Positions 8,337-20,467 of a DNA stretch of 64,000 nt are shown in pieces; the first letter of the stretch is position 1, and the number at the start of each line of letters is the position of its first letter. The notes under the pieces are model-generated. The model saw only the letters and a program-made list of their open reading frames with translations. It was not told the origin of the DNA and did not search any database. The position numbers and the translations under genes are program-made. Origin of the DNA: an uncultured Oscillospiraceae bacterium (GTDB lineage: Bacteria; Bacillota; Clostridia; Oscillospirales; Oscillospiraceae); NCBI GenBank assembly GCA_946546815.1, contig CAMNOL010000001.1:4998-68997 (forward strand), given 5' to 3'.

Positions 8337-9695
8337 ATGGCAAAATTAAAGCCCCGCACCCTGGCCGGGTTCATGGAGCTGCTCCCTGCCCCTCAGCAGC
8401 AGATGGAGCGCATCATGCAGACCCTGCGGGAGACCTATTCCCTGTACGGCTTTACACCGCTGGACACCCCCATTATTGAAGACGCGCAGATTCTTCTGGC
8501 CAAGGGCGGCGGAGAGACTGAGAAGCAGATTTACCGGTTCCAGAAGGGCGACAGCGATCTGGCACTGCGCTTTGACCTGACGGTTCCCCTGGCCAAGTAT
8601 GTGGCCATGAACTATGGTCAGCTGACCTTCCCCTTCCGCCGCTATCAGATCGGCAAGGTCTACCGGGGCGAACGCCCTCAACGGGGCCGCTACCGTGAAT
8701 TCTATCAGGCGGACATCGACATCATCGGCGACGGCAAGCTGGACATCGCCAACGAGGCGGAGATTCCCTCCATCATCTACCAGACCTTCTCCCGTCTGGG
8801 CCTGAAGCGGTTCCAGATCCGGGTGAACAACCGGAAAATCCTCAACGGTTTTTATGAAATTCTGGGCCTCACTGAGCAGAGCCAGGAGGTCATGCGCACC
8901 GTGGACAAGCTGGACAAGATCGGTCCCAAGGCTGTCCGGGACATTCTGGTGGATGACATTGCCGTCGCCCCGGAAACCGCTGATGAAGTGCTGAATTTCA
9001 TCGCCATCAAGGGTACCAACACGGAGGTGCTGTCCGCTCTCGAGTCCTACAAGGGAAAATCCGCAACCTTTGACAAGGGTCTGGAGGAGCTGACCACCGT
9101 CACCCGCTATCTGGCGGCCTTCGGCGTACCGGAGGAGAACTTCGCGGTGGACCTGACCATCGCCCGCGGCTTGGACTACTACACCGGCACCGTCTACGAG
9201 ACCGTGATTTTGGATCACCCGGAGGTGGGCTCCGTCTGCTCCGGCGGCCGGTATGACAACCTGGCGGGCTACTACACCGACAAGCCCCTGCCCGGCGTGG
9301 GTATCTCCATCGGCCTGACCCGCCTGTTCTTTGTGCTGAACGACCAGAAAATGCTCAACGACGCCGTTCCCACCGCCCCCGCCGAGGTGCTGGTGGTGCC
9401 CATGAGCGCCGAGCAGCAGGGCTACGCCATCAGCGTGGCAACTCAGCTCCGCGCCAGCGGCATCCGCACCCAGCTCTACACCGAACAGAAGAAGTTCAAG
9501 GCGAAAATCAACTACGCCGTCAAGCTGGGCATCCCCTATGCCATGTTCCTGGGCGAGACCGAGGAGCAGGAACAGGTAGTGGCCATTAAGGACCTGGGCA
9601 AGGGCGAGCAGGTGACGGTAAAGCTGGAAGATGCCGTGGCCATTGTGAAAGAGTATCTGGAGAAAACGAAAGAAATTCCCAGCATCGTAGAGTAA
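8337..9695 (+). CDS. hisS: Histidine--tRNA ligase
   Basis: LRFDLTVP, YRGERPQRGRYREFYQADID, ARGLDYYTG, GGRYD. Confidence 0.97.
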   Translation: MAKLKPRTLAGFMELLPAPQQQMERIMQTLRETYSLYGFTPLDTPIIEDAQILLAKGGGETEKQIYRFQKGDSDLALRFDLTVPLAKYVAMNYGQLTFPFRRYQIGKVYRGERPQRGRYREFYQADIDIIGDGKLDIANEAEIPSIIYQTFSRLGLKRFQIRVNNRKILNGFYEILGLTEQSQEVMRTVDKLDKIGPKAVRDILVDDIAVAPETADEVLNFIAIKGTNTEVLSALESYKGKSATFDKGLEELTTVTRYLAAFGVPEENFAVDLTIARGLDYYTGTVYETVILDHPEVGSVCSGGRYDNLAGYYTDKPLPGVGISIGLTRLFFVLNDQKMLNDAVPTAPAEVLVVPMSAEQQGYAISVATQLRASGIRTQLYTEQKKFKAKINYAVKLGIPYAMFLGETEEQEQVVAIKDLGKGEQVTVKLEDAVAIVKEYLEKTKEIPSIVE

Positions 9696-9794
9696 ATGGG
9701 AAAGTTTTACTGGATTCTGGTACTTTTGTGTAGTGTTATCCTATCTTGTCTTTTTGGGGGTTCTATGGTGGATTCTTATTCCATTGATTTCCCC

Positions 9795-9870
9795 GTAGTG
9801 GCGCACATTGTGCGCCCGGACAACATCCTACAATGCAAAATGTTCCGGGGCGAACTCTGTTCGCCCCTAC
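9795..9870. repeat. Inverted pair of GTAG-type REP palindromes (REPIN-like)
   Basis: GTAG-TGGCGCACATTGTGCGCCC at 9795-9817; on the minus strand GTAG-GGGCGAACAGAGTTCGCCCC from 9870. Confidence 0.75.
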
Positions 9871-9945
9871 AGAATACGTTGAGACACACCACGCCCCTGT
9901 ATTCAATATCTCATCCCATTTTAATTTGAAAAGAGGTCTATTACC

Positions 9946-11724
9946 ATGTTTCAATCCCGTACCCACACCTGCGGCGAGCTGCGTGCCGCTGACGCAGGGA
10001 AAACCGTCACCCTGGTCGGATGGATGGAAAACGTCCGCGAGGTGGGCAGCAACTTTGCCTTTGTGGTGCTCCGTGACTTTTACGGCACCACCCAGGTGGT
10101 CATCGAAAACGCCGAGATGATGTCCGTGGTCAAGCCCCTGAACAAGGAATCCACCATCTCCGTCACCGGCACCGTCCGCATTCGTGAGAGCAAAAACAAG
10201 AAGATTCCCACCGGCGAGATCGAGGTCGTTCCCTCTGAGATCAAGGTGCTGGGCCGCTGCCGTTACAACGAGCTGCCCTTTGAGATCAACCGCAGCCGGG
10301 AAGCCGACGAGGGCGCCCGCCTGAAGTACCGTTATCTGGACCTGCGCAACCCCGCCGTCAAGGACAACATCATCCTGCGCTGCAATGTGGTTGCCGCCCT
10401 GCGTCAGGCCATGACCAACGAGGGCTTCCTGGAGATCACCACCCCCATTCTGACCGCCTCCTCTCCCGAAGGCGCCCGGGACTATCTGGTTCCCTCCCGC
10501 AAGCACCCGGGCAAGTTCTACGCTCTGCCCCAGGCACCCCAGCAGTTCAAGCAGCTGCTGATGACCTCCGGCTTTGACCGGTATTTCCAGATCGCCCCCT
10601 GCTTCCGTGATGAGGACGCCCGCGGCGACCGTTCCCCCGGTGAATTTTATCAGCTGGATATGGAGATGGCCTTCGCCACCCAGGACGATGTGTTCACCGT
10701 GCTGGAGCGGGTTCTGCCCCCCATCTTTGCCAAATACGGCAAGTACAACATCGCTTCCTCTGCCCCCTTCAAGCGCATTTCCTTCCGGGACGCCATGGAG
10801 AAGTACGGCTCCGACAAGCCCGACCTGCGCATTGACCTGATCGTGCAGGACGTCACCGACATCTGTTCTGTGACAGAGTTCGCCCCCTTCAAAGGACAGG
10901 CCGTCAAGGCCGTGGTGGTGCCCGGCTGCAAGCTGGCCCGCAAAGCCATTGACAAGCTGTGCGCCGAGGTTGAGGTTCAGTCCGGCAGCAAGGCTTATTG
11001 GTGCAAGGTGGACGACAAGGGCGAGCTGACCGGCGGCGTGTCCAAGTTCCTGAAGGACAGCAAGGATGCCCTGACCGAAAAGCTGAACCTGACTCCCGGC
11101 TCCTTTATCGGCTTCACTGCCGGCAAGCTGGGTGAGGCACAGAAGGCCGCCGGTGTGCTGCGCACCAGACTGGGCACCGCCTGCGAGGGGCACATGGACA
11201 AAGAACGTTACGAGTTCTGCTGGATCGTGGACTTCCCCATGTATGAGATCGGGGAGGAGTCCGGCGAGCTGGAGTTCTGCCACAATCCCTTCTCCATGCC
11301 CAACGGCGGGATGGAAACCCTGCTGAAGGCAGAGCGGGGCGAGATCGACCCGCTGAGCATCACCGCAGACCAGTACGACCTGGTCTGCAACGGCGTGGAG
11401 CTGTCCTCCGGCGCCGTGCGGAACCACGACCCCGAGATCATGGTGAAGGCCTTTGAGCTGGTCCGTCTGGGTGAGGACGATGTGAAGGCCAAGTTCCCCG
11501 CCATGTACAACGCCTTCTGCTACGGCGCACCTCCCCATGCCGGCATCGCTCCCGGCGTGGACCGCATGGTCATGCTGCTGGCCGGTGAGGATTCCATCCG
11601 CGAGATCATCCCCTTCCCCATGAACAAGAACGCCCAGGATGTGATGATGGGCGCTCCCTCCACCGTGGAACAGAAGCAGCTGGATGAGGTCCACATCGCC
11701 ATTGTGGGAGACGTGGAGGAATAA
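9946..11724 (+). CDS. aspS: Aspartate--tRNA ligase (bacterial type)
   Basis: RTHTCGEL, EGARDYLVPSR, LPQAPQQFKQLLM, CFRDEDARGDRSPGEFYQLD, GAPPHAG. Confidence 0.97.
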   Translation: MFQSRTHTCGELRAADAGKTVTLVGWMENVREVGSNFAFVVLRDFYGTTQVVIENAEMMSVVKPLNKESTISVTGTVRIRESKNKKIPTGEIEVVPSEIKVLGRCRYNELPFEINRSREADEGARLKYRYLDLRNPAVKDNIILRCNVVAALRQAMTNEGFLEITTPILTASSPEGARDYLVPSRKHPGKFYALPQAPQQFKQLLMTSGFDRYFQIAPCFRDEDARGDRSPGEFYQLDMEMAFATQDDVFTVLERVLPPIFAKYGKYNIASSAPFKRISFRDAMEKYGSDKPDLRIDLIVQDVTDICSVTEFAPFKGQAVKAVVVPGCKLARKAIDKLCAEVEVQSGSKAYWCKVDDKGELTGGVSKFLKDSKDALTEKLNLTPGSFIGFTAGKLGEAQKAAGVLRTRLGTACEGHMDKERYEFCWIVDFPMYEIGEESGELEFCHNPFSMPNGGMETLLKAERGEIDPLSITADQYDLVCNGVELSSGAVRNHDPEIMVKAFELVRLGEDDVKAKFPAMYNAFCYGAPPHAGIAPGVDRMVMLLAGEDSIREIIPFPMNKNAQDVMMGAPSTVEQKQLDEVHIAIVGDVEE

Positions 11725-11757
11725 CCCTCCATTCCCTCCGGATCTATTGATTCTCTT

Positions 11758-11794
11758 TTGCCCCTTCGTAAGCTGCGAAGGGGCAACCTTTTTT
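11758..11794 (+). terminator. Intrinsic terminator after aspS
   Basis: TTGCCCCTTCG/CGAAGGGGCAA stem plus T run. Confidence 0.85.
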
Positions 11795-12029
11795 CTGTGT
11801 GTGCATATCCCACAAAATACCAGTCTATTTGTTGTATTTTGTTCTTTCAAGTTCCGTTTTTCTTACAGTGCATGATTTTCTTTTCTCTTTCTCCAGAAGG
11901 GATACTGCTGAATTTTACAACTAATTTTCTTCATTTTTTCCTATTCAAACCTGAAAATTGAAAAAAATAAAACTACTTTCCCATTTTAACTGTTTCTGCA
12001 AGTTTTTCGTCAAAAGCACAAAAAAAGAC

Positions 12030-12058
12030 TTGTCAAAATTACCGCAATGGGGTAAAAT
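12030..12058 (+). promoter_or_regulatory. SigA-type promoter of gap
   Basis: TTGTCA-17 bp-TAAAAT. Confidence 0.7.
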
Positions 12059-12105
12059 AACAATGTAAATCCTATTTACCAAAATTTTTAGGAGGTAATT
12101 TTATC

Positions 12106-13119
12106 ATGGCAGTTAAAGTTGCAATTAACGGTTTCGGTCGTATCGGTCGCCTGGCTTTCCGTCAGATGTTCGGCGCTGAGGGTTACGAGGTTGTCGCTAT
12201 CAACGACCTGACTTCCCCCAAGATGCTGGCTCACCTGCTGAAGTATGACTCCACTCAGGGCAAGTACGCTCTGTGCGACACCGTCAAGGCTGGCGAGGAC
12301 TTCATCGAGGTCGACGGCAAGAAGATCACCATCTATGCGAAGGCCAACGCTGCCGAGCTGCCCTGGGGCGAGCTGGGTGTTGACGTCGTTCTGGAGTGCA
12401 CTGGCTTCTACACCAGCAAGGCCAAGGCTCAGGCTCACATCGACGCCGGCGCTCGTAAGGTCGTCATCTCTGCCCCCGCTGGCAACGACCTGCCCACCAT
12501 CGTTTACAACGTCAACCACACCACTCTGAAGCCCGAGGACACCATCATCTCCGCTGCTTCCTGCACCACCAACTGCCTGGCTCCCATGGCTAAGGCTCTG
12601 AATGATGGCTGGGCTATCAAGGCTGGCATCATGTGCACCATCCACGCTTACACTGGCGATCAGATGACTCTGGACGGTCCTCAGCGCAAGGGCGACCTGC
12701 GCCGCTCCCGTGCTGCTGCTTGCAACATCGTTCCCAACTCTACCGGCGCTGCCAAGGCCATCGGCCTGGTCATCCCCGAGCTGAACGGCAAGCTGATCGG
12801 CGCTGCTCAGCGCGTTCCCACCCCCACCGGCTCCACCACCATCCTGACCGCTGTTGTTGAGGGCACCCCCACCAAGGAAGAGATCAACGCTCAGATGAAG
12901 AGCGAGGCCACCGAGTCCTTCGGCTACAACACCGATGAGATCGTCTCCTCCGACATCGTCGGCATGCGTTTTGGCTCCCTGTTCGATGCTACTCAGACTA
13001 TGGTTCTGGATCTGGGCAACGGCACTTCCGAGGTTCAGGTTGTTTCCTGGTATGACAACGAGAACTCCTACACCTCTCAGATGGTCCGCACCATCAAGTA
13101 CTTCTCCGAGCTGGGCTAA
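12106..13119 (+). CDS. gap: Glyceraldehyde-3-phosphate dehydrogenase type I
   Basis: [27 protein letters not shown]; strongly biased codon usage. Confidence 0.98.
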   Translation: MAVKVAINGFGRIGRLAFRQMFGAEGYEVVAINDLTSPKMLAHLLKYDSTQGKYALCDTVKAGEDFIEVDGKKITIYAKANAAELPWGELGVDVVLECTGFYTSKAKAQAHIDAGARKVVISAPAGNDLPTIVYNVNHTTLKPEDTIISAASCTTNCLAPMAKALNDGWAIKAGIMCTIHAYTGDQMTLDGPQRKGDLRRSRAAACNIVPNSTGAAKAIGLVIPELNGKLIGAAQRVPTPTGSTTILTAVVEGTPTKEEINAQMKSEATESFGYNTDEIVSSDIVGMRFGSLFDATQTMVLDLGNGTSEVQVVSWYDNENSYTSQMVRTIKYFSELG

Positions 13120-13567
13120 CTCAGCCGTTGGAGGACCCTGCTAGATAGCATATTTGAGGCCGTATCTCCCCGGAGGTACGGCCTCTTTTCGCCCAGCTCG
13201 GCAAGGTGTCCCGCTTCGCGGGATTTATCCCATCGAACTAAACTCAAATGTGCCACTGGCACATTTAAGTTTGTTCGACTCCTCGCTGAAGTAATTCTGC
13301 CCTTAGATTTACCTGTAGCTTAGTTTCGAGCAATGTGCAGCCCCACTCCTCCGGGAGTGGGGCTGTTTTTCCCATTGGGGTAAAAAAACGTGCCCCCGGC
13401 ACCTTTTTTTACCCCAACCTCTCAGATGGTCCGCACCATCAAGTACTTCTCCGAGCTGGGCTAACTCAGCCGTTGGAGGACCCTGCTAGATAGCATATTT
13501 GAGGCCGTATCTCCCCGGAGGTACGGCCTCTTTTCACCCAGCTCGGCAAGGTGTCCCGCTTTGCGGG
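13072..13567 (+). repeat. 151-bp direct repeat (13072-13222 and 13417-13567) of the gap 3' end and terminator, flanking a 194-bp palindrome-rich spacer
   Basis: Both copies read ACCTCTCAGATGGTCCGCACC...GGTGTCCCGCTT(C/T)GCGGG, with two mismatches seen. Confidence 0.92.
13156..13190 (+). terminator. Intrinsic terminator after gap (duplicated at 13501-13535)
   Basis: GAGGCCGTA...TACGGCCTC followed by TTTT. Confidence 0.8.
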
Positions 13568-13639
13568 CAAAGTTCTTTTCGCTTCCTTTTCTTTCAAGAA
13601 AAGGAAAAAAGCAGGTACTCAAATGGAGTACCTGCCTTT

Positions 13640-14077
13640 TTACTTCAACTTCTTCCACTCCCCCACCGCCAGCTCATCGCAGCGGTTATTGTAGGGATTG
13701 TCGGCGTGGCCCTTCACCCAGTGGAGGTTTACCTGATGGAGTTCGCACAGATTCAGCAGTTGCTCCCACAGATCCGGATTCAGCGCGGGTTTCTTGTCAG
13801 ATTTTACCCAGCCACGCTTTCTCCATCCCACTGCCCATCCCTTTTGCAGGGCGTCAATGACGTATTTGGAATCGGAGTATAACTCCACGATGCAGGGCTC
13901 TTTCAGCGCCTGCAGGCCCCGAATCACCCCGGTCAGCTCCATGCGGTTGTTGGTGGTATTGCGCTCGCCGCCGGACAGCTCCTTTTTGTAGCTGCCGTAG
14001 AGCAGAATTGCCCCCCAGCCCCCAGGACCCGGGTTCCCGGAACAGGCTCCGTCCGTATACAGTGTTACGGTTTTCAT
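13640..14077 (-). CDS. rnhA: Ribonuclease HI
   Basis: [43 protein letters not shown]. Confidence 0.97.
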   Translation of the reverse strand: MKTVTLYTDGACSGNPGPGGWGAILLYGSYKKELSGGERNTTNNRMELTGVIRGLQALKEPCIVELYSDSKYVIDALQKGWAVGWRKRGWVKSDKKPALNPDLWEQLLNLCELHQVNLHWVKGHADNPYNNRCDELAVGEWKKLK

Positions 14078-14091
14078 GTTTGTTTCCTTTC

Positions 14092-14156
14092 AAAAAACAG
14101 GCAGTTTTCACGCGCAGAAAAACTAAATTTTATACGCGCTCAACTGCCTGTTTTTT
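14092..14156. terminator. Long inverted repeat / probable terminator after gyrA
   Basis: AAAAAACAGGCAGTT/AACTGCCTGTTTTTT 15-bp stem. Confidence 0.65.
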
Positions 14157-14167
14157 TCGTCCGTGTT

Positions 14168-16693
14168 TTATTTCTCGGTGTTCTCGGTCACAGCTTCTGC
14201 GTCCTCCGCTTCCGCCGTCTCCACCTCTTCGGGTTCATCTCCCACCCGGGTCTTGGCCAGTGCGTTGACCTTCACGTTCTCGCCCACGTTCATGACCCGA
14301 ACGCCCTGAGTGGAACGGCCATACACGCTGATTCCGCCGGCAGAGGTGCGGATAATGGTGCCGTCATCGGAAATCAGCAGCACATCATCTGCCTCATCCA
14401 CGATGGCGCAGGCAGTAACCGGTCCGGTCTTGTCGGAAACCTTGTAGTTCCTCATGCCGTAGCCGCCCCGGCCCTGGAGGCTGTACTCATCCGTCAGCGT
14501 CCGCTTGCCGTAGCCGTTTTCGGTGACGCTGAGCAGTGCTTCGCCGTGGCCCACGATCTCACAGCCGATGACTTCATCCCCCTCACGGAGGTTGATGCCC
14601 CGAACACCGGCGGCAGTGCGGCCCATGGGACGGACGTCTGTCTCCTTGAATCGGATGGCCTGTCCCATCTTGGTCACCATGATCACTTCGTCCTCGCCGG
14701 TGGTGCGGCGGACAGCGATGAGCTCGTTCCCTTCATCCAGCTTCAGCGCACGGATACCGGAGTTGCGGATATTCTTCAGCTCCGCACTGGCCAGGCGCTT
14801 GATGGTGCCGTTCCTGGTGGCAAAAATCAGATACTCGTCCTCGGTGAACTCCCGGGAGTGCATCATCGCCTTGACCTTCTCGCCCTGAGAAATGGAGATA
14901 AAGTTGACGATGTTCACGCCCTTGGCCACACGGCCCGCCTCGGGAATCTGGTAGCCCTTTTTGACGTACGCCCGTCCCATGTTGGTAAAGAACAGGATGT
15001 AGTCGTGGGTGGAGCAGGTGAACAGGCTATCCACATAGTCCTCTTCCCGGACGTTCATGTCATTGACGCCCTTGCCGCCCCGCTTCTGGACCCGGTAGGC
15101 GCTGACCGGAGTGCGCTTCAGATAGCCCTTATGGCTCAGGGTGAACACACACTCCTCTTCTTCAATCAGGTCCTCCACGTCGATCTCGTTCTCCACCATC
15201 TCAATGGCGGTTTTCCGCTCGTCGCCGTATTTGTCCCGGATTTCGATCAGTTCGTCCCGCAGCACGCCCTTCATCTTCTCCGGATCCGCCAGCAGGGACT
15301 CATAATACTTGATCTTGGCTTCCAGCTCGTCATACTCCGCCTGAAGCTTGTCATGCTCCAAACCCTGCAGCCGCTTGAGCTGCATATCCAAAATCGCCTG
15401 GGACTGGACCTCGTCCAGACCGAACCGCTCCATCAAGCGCTCCTTGGCGTTGTCGTAGCTGGTGCGGATGATGTGAATGACCTCGTCGATGTTGTCCTGG
15501 GCGATGAGCAGGCCCTCCAGCAGGTGGGCACGGGCCTCGGCCTTCTTCTTCTCATAAATGGTCCGGCGGGTCAGCACATCCATCTGATGTGCGATGTACT
15601 CGTCCAGAATTTCACGCAGGGTCAGAACCTTCGGCCGCCGCTGATCGTTGACCAGCGCCAGCATGATAACAGAGAAGTTGGACTGCATCGCCGTCTGCTT
15701 GAACAGGCGGTTCAGCACCACCTGAGGGTTGGCGTCCCGCTTCAGCTCAATGACGATGCGCATACCTTCGCGGTCGGACTCATCCCGCAGGCCGGAAATG
15801 CCCTCCAGCCGCTTGTCGTGGACCTGGTCGGCGATGGTGGACACCAGACGGGCTTTGTTCACCTGATAGGGAAGCTCCGTCACAATAATCCGGGTGCGGT
15901 TGTTGCCGAACTCCTCCAGCTCCGTCTTGGCCCGGACCACAATGCGCCCCCGTCCGGTACCGTAGGCCGCACGGATGCCGCTCTTGCCCATGATAATGCC
16001 CCGGGTGGGGAAATCCGGGCCCTGAATGTGCTCCATCAGGTCGTTCAGCGTGGCCTCCGGGTTGTCCAGCACGCAGATGGTGCCGTTGATAACCTCGGTC
16101 AGGTTGTGAGGCGGAATGTTGGTGGTCATGCCCACGGCGATGCCGGTGGTTCCGTTGACCAGCAGGTTGGGGAACCGGCTGGGCAGCACCCGGGGCTCCT
16201 TCCGGGTCTCATCAAAGTTGGGGTCCCAGTCCACGGTCTCCTTGTCGATGTCCCGGAGCATCTCGTTGGCAATCTTGCTCAGACGGGCCTCGGTGTAACG
16301 GTAAGCAGCGGGGGGATCGCCGTCCACGCTGCCGAAGTTGCCGTGGCCGTCCACCAGCATATAGCGCATGGAGAAGTCCTGTGCCAGACGGACCAGCGCA
16401 TCATAAACAGAGGCGTCGCCGTGGGGGTGATACCGGCCCAGCACGTCGCCCACGCAGGTGGCGGACTTCTTAAAGGGCCGGTCCGAGGTCAGATTGTCCT
16501 CGTACATGGCGTACAGGATGCGGCGATGGACGGGCTTCAGGCCGTCCCGCACGTCCGGCAGGGCGCGGCCCACGATGACCGACATGGCGTATTCCAGATA
16601 CGCATCCTGCATTTCCTTCTGCAGGTCGATCTCTACAATTTTTTGTTCCGGATAGGCGATGTCTTCCGGCTTGTAATCCTTTTTCTTACTCAA
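14168..16693 (-). CDS. gyrA: DNA gyrase subunit A
   Basis: [32 protein letters not shown], GyrA-box QKRGGKG; TTG start. Confidence 0.98.
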   Translation of the reverse strand: MSKKKDYKPEDIAYPEQKIVEIDLQKEMQDAYLEYAMSVIVGRALPDVRDGLKPVHRRILYAMYEDNLTSDRPFKKSATCVGDVLGRYHPHGDASVYDALVRLAQDFSMRYMLVDGHGNFGSVDGDPPAAYRYTEARLSKIANEMLRDIDKETVDWDPNFDETRKEPRVLPSRFPNLLVNGTTGIAVGMTTNIPPHNLTEVINGTICVLDNPEATLNDLMEHIQGPDFPTRGIIMGKSGIRAAYGTGRGRIVVRAKTELEEFGNNRTRIIVTELPYQVNKARLVSTIADQVHDKRLEGISGLRDESDREGMRIVIELKRDANPQVVLNRLFKQTAMQSNFSVIMLALVNDQRRPKVLTLREILDEYIAHQMDVLTRRTIYEKKKAEARAHLLEGLLIAQDNIDEVIHIIRTSYDNAKERLMERFGLDEVQSQAILDMQLKRLQGLEHDKLQAEYDELEAKIKYYESLLADPEKMKGVLRDELIEIRDKYGDERKTAIEMVENEIDVEDLIEEEECVFTLSHKGYLKRTPVSAYRVQKRGGKGVNDMNVREEDYVDSLFTCSTHDYILFFTNMGRAYVKKGYQIPEAGRVAKGVNIVNFISISQGEKVKAMMHSREFTEDEYLIFATRNGTIKRLASAELKNIRNSGIRALKLDEGNELIAVRRTTGEDEVIMVTKMGQAIRFKETDVRPMGRTAAGVRGINLREGDEVIGCEIVGHGEALLSVTENGYGKRTLTDEYSLQGRGGYGMRNYKVSDKTGPVTACAIVDEADDVLLISDDGTIIRTSAGGISVYGRSTQGVRVMNVGENVKVNALAKTRVGDEPEEVETAEAEDAEAVTENTEK

Positions 16694-16711
16694 AACGTGT
16701 TCCTCTATCCC

Positions 16712-18781
<2,070 letters not shown>

Positions 18782-19054
18782 TCAGCGGTCCATCAGAACT
18801 CCCAGCTCTGACCGCCTTTGCAGGGTCTGGGGAGACAGCGGCGAAATGATCACTGTCTGTCCTTCTCCCGGCCTGGCGCAGACCAGAAAGCTTTTTGGGA
18901 TCTCTTCAATGTCCACATAGGACACGTGTCCCCGCTGCTCCGCCTGATTCAAGTATTGACGGGTTCGGTAGCTTTGAGACGTGATTTCCAGGTCAAAAAT
19001 GCCCACCACGTCCTTTTCATCCACCAAAACACCGTTTCCAAGGTGAAGATACAT
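18782..19054 (-). CDS. remB: RemB/DUF370 family protein
   Basis: MYLHLG...VGIFD...KSFLV...ISPLSPQTL; TGATG overlap with recF; canonical position. Confidence 0.85.
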   Translation of the reverse strand: MYLHLGNGVLVDEKDVVGIFDLEITSQSYRTRQYLNQAEQRGHVSYVDIEEIPKSFLVCARPGEGQTVIISPLSPQTLQRRSELGVLMDR

Positions 19055-20166
19055 CAGCTCTCCTCCACCAGCGCTCCGTCTGCGATGTGCAGCACCTTCC
19101 CTGCCTCCAGCTCTGACAGCCGCTCGTTCTCGCAACAGGTGATGAACACCTGACCGCCCCGGATGCGGTTGAGCACAAACTCCTGTCTCCGGGGGTCCAG
19201 CTCGCTGAGCACATCGTCCAGCAGCAGCACGGGGTACTCCCCGTCGTTTTCATAGAAAATTTCCCGCTCTGCCAGCTCCAAACTCAGCGCCGCCGTGCGG
19301 GTCTGCCCCTGGGAGCCGTAGGTCCGCACGCTGATGCCGTTGATGTCCAGCAGCAGGTCATCCTTGTGGGGGCCGGACAGGCAGCTTTTGCTGTCAATTT
19401 CCGCCTGGCGGTGTCCGTTCATATGATCGCAAAGCTGATGGAACAGAACCTGGGTGGGCGCAAGGGGGTCCGTGACGGTCTTCACCGTCTGATAGTGCAG
19501 CGTCAGCCGCTCCTTGCCGCTGGAAAACTCCCCATGGATGCCCGGAGCGAATTCCGCCAGCTTTTTCACGAAATAGGCCCGGTAGTGGATCACCAGCGCA
19601 CCGGTCTGGCACAGCCGAAGGTTGAAATCGTCCAGTGCCTCCAGCAGGCTGGGCTTTTCGGGCCAGTCCTTCAAAATCCGCCGCTTCTGCTCCAGCAGCC
19701 GCTTGTATTCCGCCAGTGCGGCGGCGTACCGGGGGCGCAGCTGGCAGATGGCGTCGTCCAGAAACCGGCGCCGCTCCACTGCCCCCGCCTTAATCAGGTT
19801 CAGATCCTCCGGGCAGAACAGCACCGTTTTTAAAATGCCGCTCATCTCCCCGATGGTTTTCAGGCGCACACCGTTTTTGCGGATCTGACGGCGCATCCCC
19901 CGGCCCATGCGGACTTCCAGCACAAATTCCCGGTTTCGGGAGGTCAGCTCCCCCCGAACCATGGCCTGCCTGCTGTCAATCCGGATCAGCTCACTGTCCG
20001 TCCGGGCGCGATGGCTCCGGCAGGCGGACAAATAGGCGATGGACTCCAGCAGGTTGGTCTTGCCTTGGGCGTTGTCCCCGGTGATGACGTTGATCCCCGG
20101 GTCAAACTCCGCCCTGACCGTCCCGTAGCTGCGGAAATTCTCCAGCTCAATGGAATGAACGATCAT
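19054..20166 (-). CDS. recF: DNA replication and repair protein RecF
   Basis: GDNAQGKTNLLE, GPHKDDL, GSQGQ, LLLDDVLSELD. Confidence 0.97.
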   Translation of the reverse strand: MIVHSIELENFRSYGTVRAEFDPGINVITGDNAQGKTNLLESIAYLSACRSHRARTDSELIRIDSRQAMVRGELTSRNREFVLEVRMGRGMRRQIRKNGVRLKTIGEMSGILKTVLFCPEDLNLIKAGAVERRRFLDDAICQLRPRYAAALAEYKRLLEQKRRILKDWPEKPSLLEALDDFNLRLCQTGALVIHYRAYFVKKLAEFAPGIHGEFSSGKERLTLHYQTVKTVTDPLAPTQVLFHQLCDHMNGHRQAEIDSKSCLSGPHKDDLLLDINGISVRTYGSQGQTRTAALSLELAEREIFYENDGEYPVLLLDDVLSELDPRRQEFVLNRIRGGQVFITCCENERLSELEAGKVLHIADGALVEES

Positions 20167-20170
20167 CCTC

Positions 20171-20383
20171 TTATTCCACACGGACCGCCGTGTCGCCCAG
20201 CGTCACAGTGTCACCGCTGCGAATTTTCTTCCCCCGCATGGTGCAGGGCTCGCCGTTGACCAGCACCTCACCCTGCTGAATGCGGATTTTGGCCTCCCCG
20301 CCGCTGCCCACCAGATGGGCGTATTTCAGCAGCGCATCCAGCTTGATAAATTCCGTTGTAATTTTAATCTGCGTTTTTTTCAT
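20171..20383 (-). CDS. yaaA: S4-domain RNA-binding protein YaaA
   Basis: [11 protein letters not shown]...SGGEAK...VNGE...RGKK; between dnaN and recF. Confidence 0.92.
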   Translation of the reverse strand: MKKTQIKITTEFIKLDALLKYAHLVGSGGEAKIRIQQGEVLVNGEPCTMRGKKIRSGDTVTLGDTAVRVE

Positions 20384-20467
20384 GAAAAAATCACCATATT
20401 GAAACGAATCTTGAATCTGGTACAGAAAACCGATGTTTCTTTTCCATTGTGCCCACATTGGGCAGAA

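Noticed and set aside
9696-9929. 77-aa ORF between hisS and aspS
   Set aside because: It reads through the REP palindromes, has atypical codon usage and no RBS separate from the hisS stop; more likely non-coding, though not excluded.
12030-12047. Rex-like operator TTGTCAAAATTACCGCAA in the gap promoter
   Set aside because: Four mismatches to TTGTGAA-N4-TTCACAA; explained by the -35 element itself.
13461-13882. Short ORFs across the gap duplication
   Set aside because: They run through repeats and terminators or antisense to rnhA, with no RBS or coding signature.
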